From: Akkermansiaceae bacterium
Lineage (GTDB): Bacteria > Verrucomicrobiota > Verrucomicrobiia > Verrucomicrobiales > Akkermansiaceae
Direction: 5' to 3'
Assembly: GCA_051251915.1 (NCBI GenBank)
Contig: JBPOGF010000009.1
Span: 90,842 to 154,841, forward strand
Length of the DNA: 64,000 bases
Under the pieces are notes generated by a model, which searched no databases, had not been told where the DNA came from, and saw only the letters and a list, made by a program, of their open reading frames with translations. Position numbers and translations under genes: made by a program. Of this stretch, positions 33,114 to 43,493 are shown in pieces. How positions within the stretch are numbered: the stretch's first letter is position 1; every line of letters begins with the position of its first letter.

Positions 33114-36100
33114 TTAGAGAGTGAGATCGTCTAGATTGAAATCATCATTGTCGATCTTGCTCTGAGCATCCTGCTTGGCTACGAGCCCTTTACCTGGTCT
33201 TACGTCTAGGCCGAGTGACTGCATTTCCTTCATGAGAACGTTGAATGACTCAGGAGTTCCAGCCTCTAGGTTATTATCGCCTTTGACGATAGCTTCATAG
33301 ATTCTAGTTCTTCCTTGGACATCATCAGACTTCACTGTGAGCATTTCCTGAAGAGTGTAAGCAGCGCCGTATGCTTCAAGCGCCCACACCTCCATCTCAC
33401 CGAATCTCTGACCACCATACTGTGCCTTACCACCCAGCGGCTGCTGAGTAACAAGTGAGTAAGGTCCCACAGCACGTGCGTGGATCTTGTCAGCAACTAG
33501 GTGACCGAGCTTCAGCATGTAGATCATACCTACCACTACTGGCTGGTGGAATGCGTCTCCAGTGCGTCCGTCATAGAGAGTGGATTTACCACCTACTGAG
33601 CCGTCCTTACCGTCGCCGATCCATGTGTAACCTGCTGTTTCTGGCTCACCCTTCTCGCGTGGACGAGCTTTGCCTTTGCCATCGCCGACTAGTTTCACTC
33701 CGTCCACTTTCTTAGCTTCAGTCATGAATTTCCAGATTTCAGCTTCAGGAATACCATCGAAAATCGGGGTAGCCACTGTGAATCCGAGCGCCTTAGCAGC
33801 AACACCGAGGTGAGTCTCAAGAACCTGTCCTACGTTCATACGAGATGGAACACCAAGTGGGTTCAAACAGATATCAACTGGAGTTCCGTCTTCTAGATAA
33901 GGCATGTCCTCTTCAGGCACTACAATCGCGACAACACCTTTGTTACCGTGACGTCCAGCCATCTTATCACCTACAGAAAGCTTACGCTTCTTAGCAACAT
34001 AGACTTTTACTTCCTTAACTACGCCTGGATCTACTTCGTCACCAGATTCCATTTGATCAAGTCTACGCTCACGATCTGTGTCTAGCTCCTGGAAACGACC
34101 TTCGAATGAAGAGATGATCTCAAGGATCTTGTTACGGATCGGTGATGGATCGATTTCAATATGATCGTGGATCGCTGCCAACTTACGAAGAAGTGTCTTA
34201 GTGATCTTACGGTTAGCCGGGATGATGATCTCACCTGACTGCGCGTTTACCACATCAAGAGGGATCTTTTCACCAAGTAGGATGTCAGAAAGCTTCTCAG
34301 TGAGCTGGTCAGTGAGTGCGTCTTTCTTCTTCTTGTAGTCAGTGTTGATCTTCTTGAGCTGCTTCTTCATCTCCTCTGGGTTACCGCCGTCGCCTTTACG
34401 CTTAGCAAGTCCATGAGTAGAAATACGAATGTCCTGAACGATTCCGATTGTTCCAGAAGGAACACGGAGTGAGGAGTCCTTCACGTCTGCTGCCTTCTCA
34501 CCGAAGATCGCACGGAGAAGTCTCTCTTCCGGTGCTAATTCAGTCTCAGACTTAGGAGTGATCTTACCTACGAGAATATCGCCAGGCTTCACCTCAGCAC
34601 CAATGCGGACAATACCGTCATGGTCGAGATTCTTCAGAGCTTCTTCACCAACGTTTGGAATGTCACGAGTGATTTCTTCAGGTCCTAGCTTTGTATCACG
34701 TGCGATACACTCATACTCAGAGATGTGGATAGAAGTATAAATATCTTCTTTCACTACTCTCTCAGAGATAACGATAGCATCCTCGAAGTTATATCCGTTC
34801 CAAGGCATGAATGCCACGAGAACGTTACGACCAAGAGCTAGCTCACCGTTTTCAGTGTTCGGGCCATCAGCCATGCACTGTCCGATTTTCACCTTATCAC
34901 CACGCTTAACGATTGGCTTCTGGTTCATACAAGTTCCTGCGTTTGAGCGCATGAACTTACGGAGTGGGTAAACGAAGATTCCGTTTGCAGGGTCACTCTT
35001 CACTGATGTTGTATCAGAAAGGAATGCCTCATCGCTCACAGGAAGCTCACCGTCTTTAGTAACGACGATCATTTCACCCGTAGATGCGGCTACCACACCG
35101 TTTGACTCAGAAGTGATCACAGCGCGGGAGTCAGCTGCTGCCTTTGCCTCTAGACCAGTTCCCACAAGAGGAGCATCTGATACAAGAAGTGGCACGCCTT
35201 GGCGTTGCATGTTTGATCCCATAAGTGCGCGGTTCGCATCATCGTGCTCAAGGAACGGGATGAGACCAGCCGCTACAGAAACGAGCTGCTTAGGAGAAAC
35301 GTCCATGTAGTGAACTTCATCAGGTGACATCTCAAGAAACTCACCACGCTCACGCGCTGTGATTCTCTTGTTGAGGAAATTACCCTTCTTATCAAGCGGG
35401 TTGTTCGCCTGTGCAATAAGGAAGTTTTCCTCGTTGTCCGCTGTGAGATACTCGATCTCGTCAGTGACGACACCTTTGTTTACTCTACGGTATGGAGTTT
35501 CAATAAATCCGAACTCATTGATACGTGCGTAAGTACACATGGAGTTAATTAGACCAATGTTTGGTCCCTCCGGAGTTTCGATCGGGCAGATACGTCCGTA
35601 GTGGGATGGGTGAACATCACGCACCTCGAAACCTGCACGGTCACGGTTAAGACCACCAGGTCCAAGAGCTGAGAGACGACGTTTGTGTGTCAACTCCGCA
35701 AGTGGGTTAGTCTGATCCATGAACTGTGAAAGCTGTGATCTACCAAAGAAATCTCTCACTACTGCAGAAAGAGCCTTAGGGTTGATAAGCTTCTGAGGAG
35801 TCATACCTTCAATGTTAACATCAAAGAGAGTCATACGCTCTTTCACTAGACGCTCAGTTCTAGCAAGACCGACACGGCACTGGTTAGCAAGAAGCTCGCC
35901 AACTGCACGCACGCGACGTGATCCAAGGTGATCAATATCATCAAGAACTCCGTCACCCTTCTTACACTTAAGAATATACTTAACTGCGTGAAGGAAATCT
36001 TTTCCTACCATAGTACGCTCACCTGGCTCTACATCAATGTCGAGCTTAGTGTTGATCTTGTAACGACCCACACGTGTGAGGTCATACTTCTTAGGATCAA

Positions 36101-37064
36101 AGAACAAACGCTTGAGAAGTGCACGAGCGTTTGCCGCTGTCGGAGGATCTCCCGGGCGTAGCTTACGATACATGTCCTTAAGTGCTGACTCTTCGTCATG
36201 CGCAGGATCTTTCTTAAGTGACTTGAGGATGATCTCGTCTTGACGAGAATCAATCACTTCAATGTCCTTAACTTTAAGAGCAATTAGCTGCTTAACGACA
36301 CCGATTGTAAGCGGCTCATACTTCTTAGCGATAACCACTTCACCGTCCATGATGTCTTCGAAAACAACGCGTGATGAAAGCTCTTCCTCATCCATCTTCG
36401 CTGAAAGCTTAAGTTTCTCAATGTCATAGAACTCCTCAACGATAGAACGTGTGTCAGGATATCCAAGCGCACGAAGAAACGTAGTAGCAAGGAACTTACG
36501 ACGACGGCGACGACGGTCGAGGTAAACGTAAAGTAAATCGTTAGTATCAAACTGTGTTTCTAACCATGATCCACGGTCAGGAATAATGCGGAATGAGAAA
36601 AGCTCTTTTCCGTTAAGGTGGTAAGATTTCTCGAAGCAGATACCAGGTGAACGGTGGAGCTGAGAAACAATAACGCGCTCAGCACCGTTTATCACGAATG
36701 TGCCACGGCGAGTCATCATAGGTAGCTCACCCATGTAAACACGCTCTTTCTTAGTGCCTGTCTCGTCTTTAAGCTTAAATGTAACGTAGAGAGAAGCACT
36801 GAAGCTCTCACCAGTCTGTAGTGATTCTAGCGCGGTAGCCTTAGGCTCCTCGATGTCGTAGTCAAGAAAACCTAGTTCAATTGTCTCGTCATAACTGTTA
36901 ATAGGGAACACCTCCATTAGAACAGCCTGTAGGCCGGTTTCTATGCGCTGGCTAGCAGGCACATCTTTCTGGAGAAAATCCTCATAGGATTTAGATTGAA
37001 CCTCAATAAGGTTTGGTGGTTCAATCGCTTCCTCAATGGATCCAAAGTAGAGTCTTTCGGGCAT
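33114..37064 (-). CDS. rpoB: RNA polymerase beta subunit
   Basis: [39 protein letters not shown]. Start at MPERL (37064); alternative ATG at 37097. Confidence 0.99.
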   Translation of the reverse strand: MPERLYFGSIEEAIEPPNLIEVQSKSYEDFLQKDVPASQRIETGLQAVLMEVFPINSYDETIELGFLDYDIEEPKATALESLQTGESFSASLYVTFKLKDETGTKKERVYMGELPMMTRRGTFVINGAERVIVSQLHRSPGICFEKSYHLNGKELFSFRIIPDRGSWLETQFDTNDLLYVYLDRRRRRRKFLATTFLRALGYPDTRSIVEEFYDIEKLKLSAKMDEEELSSRVVFEDIMDGEVVIAKKYEPLTIGVVKQLIALKVKDIEVIDSRQDEIILKSLKKDPAHDEESALKDMYRKLRPGDPPTAANARALLKRLFFDPKKYDLTRVGRYKINTKLDIDVEPGERTMVGKDFLHAVKYILKCKKGDGVLDDIDHLGSRRVRAVGELLANQCRVGLARTERLVKERMTLFDVNIEGMTPQKLINPKALSAVVRDFFGRSQLSQFMDQTNPLAELTHKRRLSALGPGGLNRDRAGFEVRDVHPSHYGRICPIETPEGPNIGLINSMCTYARINEFGFIETPYRRVNKGVVTDEIEYLTADNEENFLIAQANNPLDKKGNFLNKRITARERGEFLEMSPDEVHYMDVSPKQLVSVAAGLIPFLEHDDANRALMGSNMQRQGVPLLVSDAPLVGTGLEAKAAADSRAVITSESNGVVAASTGEMIVVTKDGELPVSDEAFLSDTTSVKSDPANGIFVYPLRKFMRSNAGTCMNQKPIVKRGDKVKIGQCMADGPNTENGELALGRNVLVAFMPWNGYNFEDAIVISERVVKEDIYTSIHISEYECIARDTKLGPEEITRDIPNVGEEALKNLDHDGIVRIGAEVKPGDILVGKITPKSETELAPEERLLRAIFGEKAADVKDSSLRVPSGTIGIVQDIRISTHGLAKRKGDGGNPEEMKKQLKKINTDYKKKKDALTDQLTEKLSDILLGEKIPLDVVNAQSGEIIIPANRKITKTLLRKLAAIHDHIEIDPSPIRNKILEIISSFEGRFQELDTDRERRLDQMESGDEVDPGVVKEVKVYVAKKRKLSVGDKMAGRHGNKGVVAIVVPEEDMPYLEDGTPVDICLNPLGVPSRMNVGQVLETHLGVAAKALGFTVATPIFDGIPEAEIWKFMTEAKKVDGVKLVGDGKGKARPREKGEPETAGYTWIGDGKDGSVGGKSTLYDGRTGDAFHQPVVVGMIYMLKLGHLVADKIHARAVGPYSLVTQQPLGGKAQYGGQRFGEMEVWALEAYGAAYTLQEMLTVKSDDVQGRTRIYEAIVKGDNNLEAGTPESFNVLMKEMQSLGLDVRPGKGLVAKQDAQSKIDNDDFNLDDLTL

Positions 37065-37326
37065 GGTATTAGTAGTTGGTTTGTCGGTTAGAGCCATTCT
37101 CTAGTCTCGCGTCTTAGGCTAGAAATTGGCGGTGAATGTGAATTTGTGGCCGGGGTCTGTCGTTTTGCATCTACACTGAGCGTCCTCAGGCATTTCCGCT
37201 GAACAGAATTCAAACATTTTTTATGAAACTTTTTTCAAAAATGGCTGAATTCTAATCAAAGAAAGAGTGATTTTGTGGTTGATTTTTCTGTTTTTTGTCG
37301 ATTTTTACTGCTTTTTTGCACCAGAG

Positions 37327-37365
37327 GCGCAAAAAGGCGGCTCCGTTTTAAGTCGAAGCCACCTT
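37327..37365 (-). terminator. Attenuator-like terminator in the rpoB leader
   Basis: Minus strand AAGGTGGCTTCG-acttaaaa-CGGAGCCGCCTTTTT-GCGC, about 265 nt upstream of rpoB. Confidence 0.65.
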
Positions 37366-37386
37366 GTTGTTAAATTTTCGGTAAAG

Positions 37387-37446
37387 TTATAATATTAAAT
37401 GAGTTACTGAGTTAGTTGCTGTCGAGAAATCAGTGTGAATCATCAT
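37387..37446 (-). CDS. Candidate 19-aa leader peptide MMIHTDFSTATNSVTHLIL
   Basis: Short ATG-TAA ORF between the putative promoter and the attenuator hairpin; may be a chance ORF. Confidence 0.3.
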   Translation of the reverse strand: MMIHTDFSTATNSVTHLIL

Positions 37447-37488
37447 GTTATAAGTAGTCTAGTGTAAGTTAAAGCGCGCGGGGGCGAT

Positions 37489-37517
37489 TAATTACACGTT
37501 TTTTGACAAAAAGTCAA
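37489..37517 (-). promoter_or_regulatory. Putative sigma70 promoter of rpoBC
   Basis: TTGACT-17 nt-TAATTA on the minus strand. The -35 lies in the palindrome TTGAC-AAAAA-GTCAA (37503-37517). Confidence 0.5.
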
Positions 37518-37670
37518 TCCGATAATTGAACAACCAATCGAAGTCAAGGAGAAAGTAAGGCGACATGAAATAATATCGAGACCCGTTGTACACCAAACAA
37601 AACCACTGATCTCATCCAGAAAACCGCATCATTTCTTGCACTCATTCACCCCAAATCCTAAAATAGCCTC

Positions 37671-38063
37671 ATGTCAAATAACTCACCCACCTCTACCTCC
37701 ACTCCCTGCTCAATCCCCAAAACCATCGATTACATCGAAATCCCCACTAAAGACATCGCACTCTCACGCACCTTCTTTACCAAACTCTTCGGCTGGAACT
37801 TCACCGACTACGGCCCTGAATACACAGCATTTGAAGACGGTAGACTTAACGGAGGATTCTTCACCTCCGACACAATAGCCCACACAGACACCGGCAGCGC
37901 CCTAGTCGTCCTCTACTCAGAAAACCTAGAATCAACCTTCGCAGAAGCCACCCGCCTAGGTGCCATCATCACCAAAGAAATCTTCTCCTTCCCAGGCGGA
38001 CGCCGTTTCCAATTCACCGAACCCGGCGGCAGCGAATTATCAGTCTGGTCAGATAAAGAGTAA
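37671..38063 (+). CDS. VOC/glyoxalase family protein
   Basis: IDYIEI, FFTKLFGWNFTDYGPEY, FSFPGGRRFQFTEPGGSELSVWS. Confidence 0.88.
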   Translation: MSNNSPTSTSTPCSIPKTIDYIEIPTKDIALSRTFFTKLFGWNFTDYGPEYTAFEDGRLNGGFFTSDTIAHTDTGSALVVLYSENLESTFAEATRLGAIITKEIFSFPGGRRFQFTEPGGSELSVWSDKE

Positions 38064-38069
38064 AACCAC

Positions 38070-38801
38070 ATGATCTCACTACGTAAAACACCAATCCACA
38101 TCATCCCTCTTATAGTGATGCTCTCGGGCTGCACCCTCCTGTTCTTAGCCTTCATCCGCACCACGAATCATACCGCCAACATACTTGCTGCATGCAGATT
38201 CGAAGGTATTTCACACCTCAAAAACTCAACCTTCTCACTCTTCATTTACGAATCAGTCCACACCTCTTCCGCCTACATTGGCCTCCTTATTGGACTCTTA
38301 CTCCTCGGCCTCACTACAATAATCTTATTTCTTTCCAGCTCGATAACTGAGCATCGAACACGAAAGACATTCCTAATCATTTGGGCAACAGGCTGCGCCT
38401 CCTTTATCATTAGCAATGTCACATTAATGCTATTACCTAACCACTCTTACTTCCCGAAATACCTACACATGATGACCACCAATCCAGATCCAAATGGATT
38501 AAGCGATGTCCTCATCGACCCCTACCAACTCTGGCATTTCACCCTACCCACACTAGCCGCACTTTTACTACTCCCCTTTAAAATATTTACCGCTGCCCAC
38601 AAGAAACAAGCAATCATTCTAACTCTCCCCCTCCTCATCTTTCCATTTATTTTAACATACTACCCCTGCTACACATGCCTTTGTTCAGGCACTCCCCTCC
38701 ACTTCTCAAAATACCTAAACATCCTAACCCCATTCCTAATCCTAACCCCTACCATCACCCTCCTTATCCTCGCTCGGAAAGCTAGACCCTCGACCAATTA
38801 A
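38070..38801 (+). CDS. Hypothetical integral membrane protein
   Basis: 243 aa with about 6 hydrophobic segments; starts 6 nt after the VOC gene. Confidence 0.6.
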   Translation: MISLRKTPIHIIPLIVMLSGCTLLFLAFIRTTNHTANILAACRFEGISHLKNSTFSLFIYESVHTSSAYIGLLIGLLLLGLTTIILFLSSSITEHRTRKTFLIIWATGCASFIISNVTLMLLPNHSYFPKYLHMMTTNPDPNGLSDVLIDPYQLWHFTLPTLAALLLLPFKIFTAAHKKQAIILTLPLLIFPFILTYYPCYTCLCSGTPLHFSKYLNILTPFLILTPTITLLILARKARPSTN

Positions 38802-38928
38802 ATGCCTATACATTATTCGAGGCACTCGCCCTTCAAGATAGAAAACTTACCCCTAGCACTCCAGAAAACACCAGCAATATACAGAAAATAGCATCCGTAG
38901 CGCCATTCCAATCGTATCATTAGATACT

Positions 38929-39519
38929 ATGAAAACACTACTTACAATTATATTGCCATTGACCCTGATCGCCACTTCAGCAACCAAAGCCGAGGAACAA
39001 GCAAAGGAAGCCCCCAAATACATAGCGGAAGCACCACTACCCAAAGGATGGTCACCCCCAGGCCCCTACAACAAAGTAATCGAAAAGAAATTCCCAGCAT
39101 ACCGAGCCGCCTACACCGAAGGAGGAATGCAAAATTTTGCGTTCTGGCGACTGTTCAAACACATCAAGAATAACGATATCCCAATGACCTCACCAGTCGA
39201 AATGGACATGAAGTCACAAGACGGCAACCTTAAAATGGAAGCCATGGGTTTCCTCTACCAAGACACTAAGGTCGGCAAAGTAGGAGCCGATGGCGAAAAA
39301 GTCGAAGTCAGAGACATTCCATCAATGAAAACACTCAGCTACACCTGGCAAGGCAACAACAACTCCAAAAACCTCAAACTAGCCAAAGCCGCCCTCGACA
39401 CAGCACTCAAGCAACGCAACCTCATCAGCACCGATTTGCGAGTCCTAGGCTACAACGGCCCAAGCGTATCCCGAGACAAAAAGACATGGGAAATGCTAGC
39501 CATCCTACCAGCCAAATAA
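38929..39519 (+). CDS. Secreted SOUL/heme-binding-like protein
   Basis: Signal peptide; AFWRLFKHI..NDIPMTSPVEM, MGFLY, GYNGP. Confidence 0.75.
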   Translation: MKTLLTIILPLTLIATSATKAEEQAKEAPKYIAEAPLPKGWSPPGPYNKVIEKKFPAYRAAYTEGGMQNFAFWRLFKHIKNNDIPMTSPVEMDMKSQDGNLKMEAMGFLYQDTKVGKVGADGEKVEVRDIPSMKTLSYTWQGNNNSKNLKLAKAALDTALKQRNLISTDLRVLGYNGPSVSRDKKTWEMLAILPAK

Positions 39520-39574
39520 TGTAACGGCATAGCAGAATGACGAATCAAAGAGCCTAATTCTATAGTTGTAAGCT

Positions 39575-40018
39575 CTACCCCCCTCGCCTCTGATCATCCA
39601 TAAATGAAACATATTCCTTCGCCAAAGCCTCTTTCTGGGTGTCTGAAAAAACTTTGCCGGATAACTGAAAAAAGGTCCTCTCTTCATCCTCCAAGTGATG
39701 TTCAACCTTTTCAACCAACTTCTTGCAAGTCACTAACCAGCCTGACGAACTGTATTCTGTGTCATTGAGTTCCTCTATTAGCTCATCTATTTCATGATGC
39801 TCAGCTATCCCATGTCTCGCATGCTCCTGCATCATATCATTACTGATTAGTGGTTTGTAAAAATGACGTTCTTCAGCATTTGCATGATAGACCAGCTCTT
39901 CTTTATAGCATGCAAACAATTCTGCACGCTCTGGACTCTCACCAGAAGTTTGAAGTAATTTACTCCCCAAGTCACGCTGGATATCGTGATCATTTCTTAT
40001 CGCTTCGTAGATGTTCAT
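39575..40018 (-). CDS. Hemerythrin-like (HHE cation-binding) protein
   Basis: DHD, HANAEE, AEHHEID, HHLEDEE. Confidence 0.85.
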   Translation of the reverse strand: MNIYEAIRNDHDIQRDLGSKLLQTSGESPERAELFACYKEELVYHANAEERHFYKPLISNDMMQEHARHGIAEHHEIDELIEELNDTEYSSSGWLVTCKKLVEKVEHHLEDEERTFFQLSGKVFSDTQKEALAKEYVSFMDDQRRGG

Positions 40019-40059
40019 AGTATGATTTTATAGTTAAATTAGATTTTTATTAAATAGTG

Positions 40060-40096
40060 AAGCCCCACATCTATCAAAAAGTAAGATGTGAGGCTT
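40060..40096 (-). terminator. Intergenic hairpin between the DUF2383 and hemerythrin genes
   Basis: AAGCCCCACATCT...AGATGTGAGGCTT inverted repeat. Confidence 0.5.
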
Positions 40097-40144
40097 AGTT
40101 TGCAATTTGTCGCAATTCAAATAGCAATCAATAAGCAGAGTGAA

Positions 40145-40600
40145 TTAGTCCACTTGCTCTTCAAGTTGCTCTAGAGTAATAATGTGATTATTTACTTTAG
40201 GAAGTAGCTCATCCGCAATCATGGACTTGCAATCTTGCAAAACATCTTGGCTCTTCAGCGCGTCTTCGTAGTCCATCTGACCGAGTTTTTCGCCAGTTTG
40301 TAGAGATTCAATAGTAGACTCTTTGCCAAATAAATTGGCTCCATGTTGAACCGCTTTCGCAGTAGCCCCCCAGATACCTGATCCTTCTTTCGGTTCACCA
40401 CCCATGCTAACTACATTTTGTCGTAACCTACTCACTGAATTCGTGTGCTCGTTACGAATCTGGGATAGCCTACCTATTACTGGATGACCTTCAAATTTTT
40501 TAATCGCGATGTCGTAAGTCTCAACTGCTGAAATCTCTCCAGCTAGTAGACTATTACAGACATCAATACATTTTTCGTTTGGGTTAGGTGTGTTGCTCAT
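40145..40600 (-). CDS. Ferritin-like four-helix bundle (PA2169/DUF2383-like)
   Basis: NSLLAGEISAVETY, EH..SV..L...V...GGEP, GE..G..DYEDAL, H. Confidence 0.8.
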   Translation of the reverse strand: MSNTPNPNEKCIDVCNSLLAGEISAVETYDIAIKKFEGHPVIGRLSQIRNEHTNSVSRLRQNVVSMGGEPKEGSGIWGATAKAVQHGANLFGKESTIESLQTGEKLGQMDYEDALKSQDVLQDCKSMIADELLPKVNNHIITLEQLEEQVD

Positions 40601-41296
40601 AGTATTATTTCGGTTTTCTTGTTATTAATTTTAGGCTAACTGCAAATACAGTCCCCACAAAGGCCGTCATTACTTATTATTAATAGATGAGGAAACACCC
40701 ATCTCATTCCAACCGAAGAAAATATCACCACTGTATAAAGTGTAAGATTCTTCCAATTCCTCCTAGCACACGACCTGTGAAAACTAGGATCAATTAGATC
40801 CTCTGTTAGCTCACAACGTTGTGAAAAATATAACTGAGTAATAAACACCAGCCTTATAATTCAAATTAAAAAGGCATGAAGAGAAGTCAAATTTTTTCTT
40901 TCTAAAACAGCCAAAGACTTAAACCATTTGAATAGTTATAGTGACTCAATAGCAAAACAATCAACTCTACTACTAGCCCCCTATGATTCACGCCAACTAT
41001 TGGTCCAGAATAAATATGAAGATGACATTAGACCCTTTTCCAAAAGTTCGTTCGGTTAAATTCTTACCCTAATATAGGCGATCAGACTTTTGGAAATGAG
41101 TAGAACTTCCAACCAGAAAATAAACAAGCTTACGACATCACATCTAGCAGAGTATCAACCACAACCACAAGACCATGGTAATCTCAGTAAAATTGCGGTG
41201 ATTCAGTAAATCTCCACTAAAAAAATGATACTTCCTATCACATATTCTTGCTCTGCGGTCAATAAGTGGTGAGGATTAAACTCAACTCACATTAAT

Positions 41297-41776
41297 ATGA
41301 CTTTCAAAACTGCTTTTTCTACCATCACCATCTCACTCACACTTCTCGTATTCTCATGTGCCGCCGAACACAAAAACCTCAAAGCTTTTCCTGAAGCAAC
41401 TAAGGACATGGAGCGTCACGTGATCATACTACCCCACAAAGAGCGCGGCGAGGAGGACGCGTTCAAAGTAGAGATCATCGCCGGCAAGCAACTAATGACC
41501 GATGGAGTCAACCAGATAAGCTTGGGCGCCACCATTAAGGCTAAGCCATTAAAAGGCTGGGGCTTCACCTACTACGAAGTAGAAAAGTTCGGCCCACCAC
41601 GCTCCACGATGATGGCCGTACCTCCAAACACTCCCAAAGTAAAAAAATTCGTCAGTGGCGCCCCCATACTCATCTCCTATAACAGCCGCATACCCATCGT
41701 CATCTACACCCCCAAAGGCGGCGAAGTACGCTATCGCATCTGGACCGCTGGAGCCACCTACGAAGTCGCCAAGTAG
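41297..41776 (+). CDS. eco: Ecotin (serine protease inhibitor)
   Basis: AFPEA...M.RHVI.LP, KVEII.G, LKGWGFTYY, STMMA, YNSRIPIVIYTP....VRYRIW. Confidence 0.9.
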   Translation: MTFKTAFSTITISLTLLVFSCAAEHKNLKAFPEATKDMERHVIILPHKERGEEDAFKVEIIAGKQLMTDGVNQISLGATIKAKPLKGWGFTYYEVEKFGPPRSTMMAVPPNTPKVKKFVSGAPILISYNSRIPIVIYTPKGGEVRYRIWTAGATYEVAK

Positions 41777-41794
41777 CTCGCCAAGTAGCTCGCC
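41766..41794 (+). repeat. 12-bp tandem duplication spanning the ecotin stop codon
   Basis: tcgccaagtagc-tcgccaagtagc-tcgcc. Confidence 0.9.
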
Positions 41795-42073
41795 TCCTAG
41801 TTCTCATCAGAAACAGGGATTAGCCGAACACCACGGATTCTTAAAACACCACCTTTATAATCTAAAGCACCCTCAAGTGTGAGTGAATGCTTACCTCCAT
41901 TCTTTATCTCTATCCCCCAAGCTAATTACACTTTCTTTCAAATACGCAGCGAGTTAAATGGTAACATAAATTCTCATAGCATGATGACAACCATATTAAC
42001 TACTAGATATTAGCCACTTAAATAAAGTCTGATTTCTATCATATCTAGCACGCTTTCTGCTAATTAAACCATC

Positions 42074-43474
42074 ATGGCTATAATTGAAAAGCAAACGACT
42101 TTGGACAAAGCTCTACAGGTAAACTTGGATCCTCGCCGCTACGGAACCTTTGCCGAAATTGGCGCCGGGCAAGAAGTAGTGCGTTGGTTTTTCTTAGCTG
42201 GCGGCGCTGCAGGAACCATCTCCAAAAGTATCTCTGCATATGACATGAAAGTAAGTGATGCCATCTACGGTAAGTGCAAGCGCTATGTCTGCCAAGAACG
42301 TCTCCAAAGCATGCTAGAGTATGAACAGGATCTCAATCTTGAACGTCTCAAAAGCGATAGAGGAGACACCACCGCCTTCTTCACCTTTGCCGATACCGTT
42401 TCAGCCAGAAACTACCATGGCACCAATGAATGCCACGGTTGGATGGGAGTTCGATACCAAGCACACCCACGTGATGAAACCAGCCAAATTATCATCCACG
42501 TGCGAATGCTAGATAAAACAAACGCACTCCAACAAGAAGCCCTCGGAATTGTCGGCGTAAACCTACTCTACGGCGCCTGCATGCTTCACCACAGCCCAGA
42601 CCAGTTGATCGAATCCCTATTAGATAACCTAAGCACAGACCGTATTGAGATCGATATGATCGAATTCTCAGGCATCGAATTCCGCCACGTAGACAACAGA
42701 CTCATGAGCCTCAAACTAGTCCAACTAGGACTAACCAGTGCTGCCATGTTTGGCGCACACGGTAAAGTTCTACAACCATCAGAAGTCCTTCGCAAGAAAG
42801 CCGTACTAGTCGAGCGAGGTAGCTTCCGCCCAGTTTGTAACACCAATATCGACATCATGCGTTGCGCCTACGAACGCTTTATTAAAGAACCAGGAATCAA
42901 GGAAGAATCCGTCATCCAAGTCATGGAAATCACAATGAGCAACCTCATGGCAGACGGCAAAATCGACTACAGAGACTTCCTAGCGCGGGCAGACATGCTA
43001 GTGGCTTGCGGCATGACAGTCATGATTTCAGACTATTTCCAATATTTCCGCTTAGCCGCCTACCTAGGCCGCTACACTAAAGCAAAAATCGGAATCTCCA
43101 TGGGCATCGGCAGCCTGCGCGAACTCTTTGATGAACAATACTACAAGACCCTCGAAGGTGGAATTCTAGAGTCTTTCGGTAGGCTATTCAAAAATGACCT
43201 CAAACTTTACGTCTACCCCCTAAAAGACAAAAACAAAGAAGACCTCACCACCATTGAAAATGTAGAAGTATCCCCCGAACTCAAAAAGCTCTACGGATAC
43301 CTAATTGACCGTGGCTGCATCGAGCAACTAACCAACCACGACGAAAACTGCCTAAATATTTTCTCCCGAGACGTCCTGGCCAAAATAGCATCAGGCGATC
43401 AGAGCTGGGAAGAAATGGTACCACTAGAAGTCGCAGAAGTAATTAAAAGCCGCGGCTATTTCCTAGGAAGATAG
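42074..43474 (+). CDS. Conserved protein with CinA-C-like N-terminus and nucleotidyltransferase (NadD)-like C-terminus
   Basis: YGTFAEIGAGQEV...AGGAAGT at the N-terminus; ERGSFRPV and a SR.VL..I..GD.SWE.MVP..V tail resembling NadD. No signal peptide. Confidence 0.6.
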   Translation: MAIIEKQTTLDKALQVNLDPRRYGTFAEIGAGQEVVRWFFLAGGAAGTISKSISAYDMKVSDAIYGKCKRYVCQERLQSMLEYEQDLNLERLKSDRGDTTAFFTFADTVSARNYHGTNECHGWMGVRYQAHPRDETSQIIIHVRMLDKTNALQQEALGIVGVNLLYGACMLHHSPDQLIESLLDNLSTDRIEIDMIEFSGIEFRHVDNRLMSLKLVQLGLTSAAMFGAHGKVLQPSEVLRKKAVLVERGSFRPVCNTNIDIMRCAYERFIKEPGIKEESVIQVMEITMSNLMADGKIDYRDFLARADMLVACGMTVMISDYFQYFRLAAYLGRYTKAKIGISMGIGSLRELFDEQYYKTLEGGILESFGRLFKNDLKLYVYPLKDKNKEDLTTIENVEVSPELKKLYGYLIDRGCIEQLTNHDENCLNIFSRDVLAKIASGDQSWEEMVPLEVAEVIKSRGYFLGR

Positions 43475-43493
43475 TACTTTATTCATCATATAC

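Noticed and set aside
42074..43474. TonB-dependent receptor label that I recall being attached to this family
   Set aside because: No signal peptide, no beta-barrel pattern, and too short.
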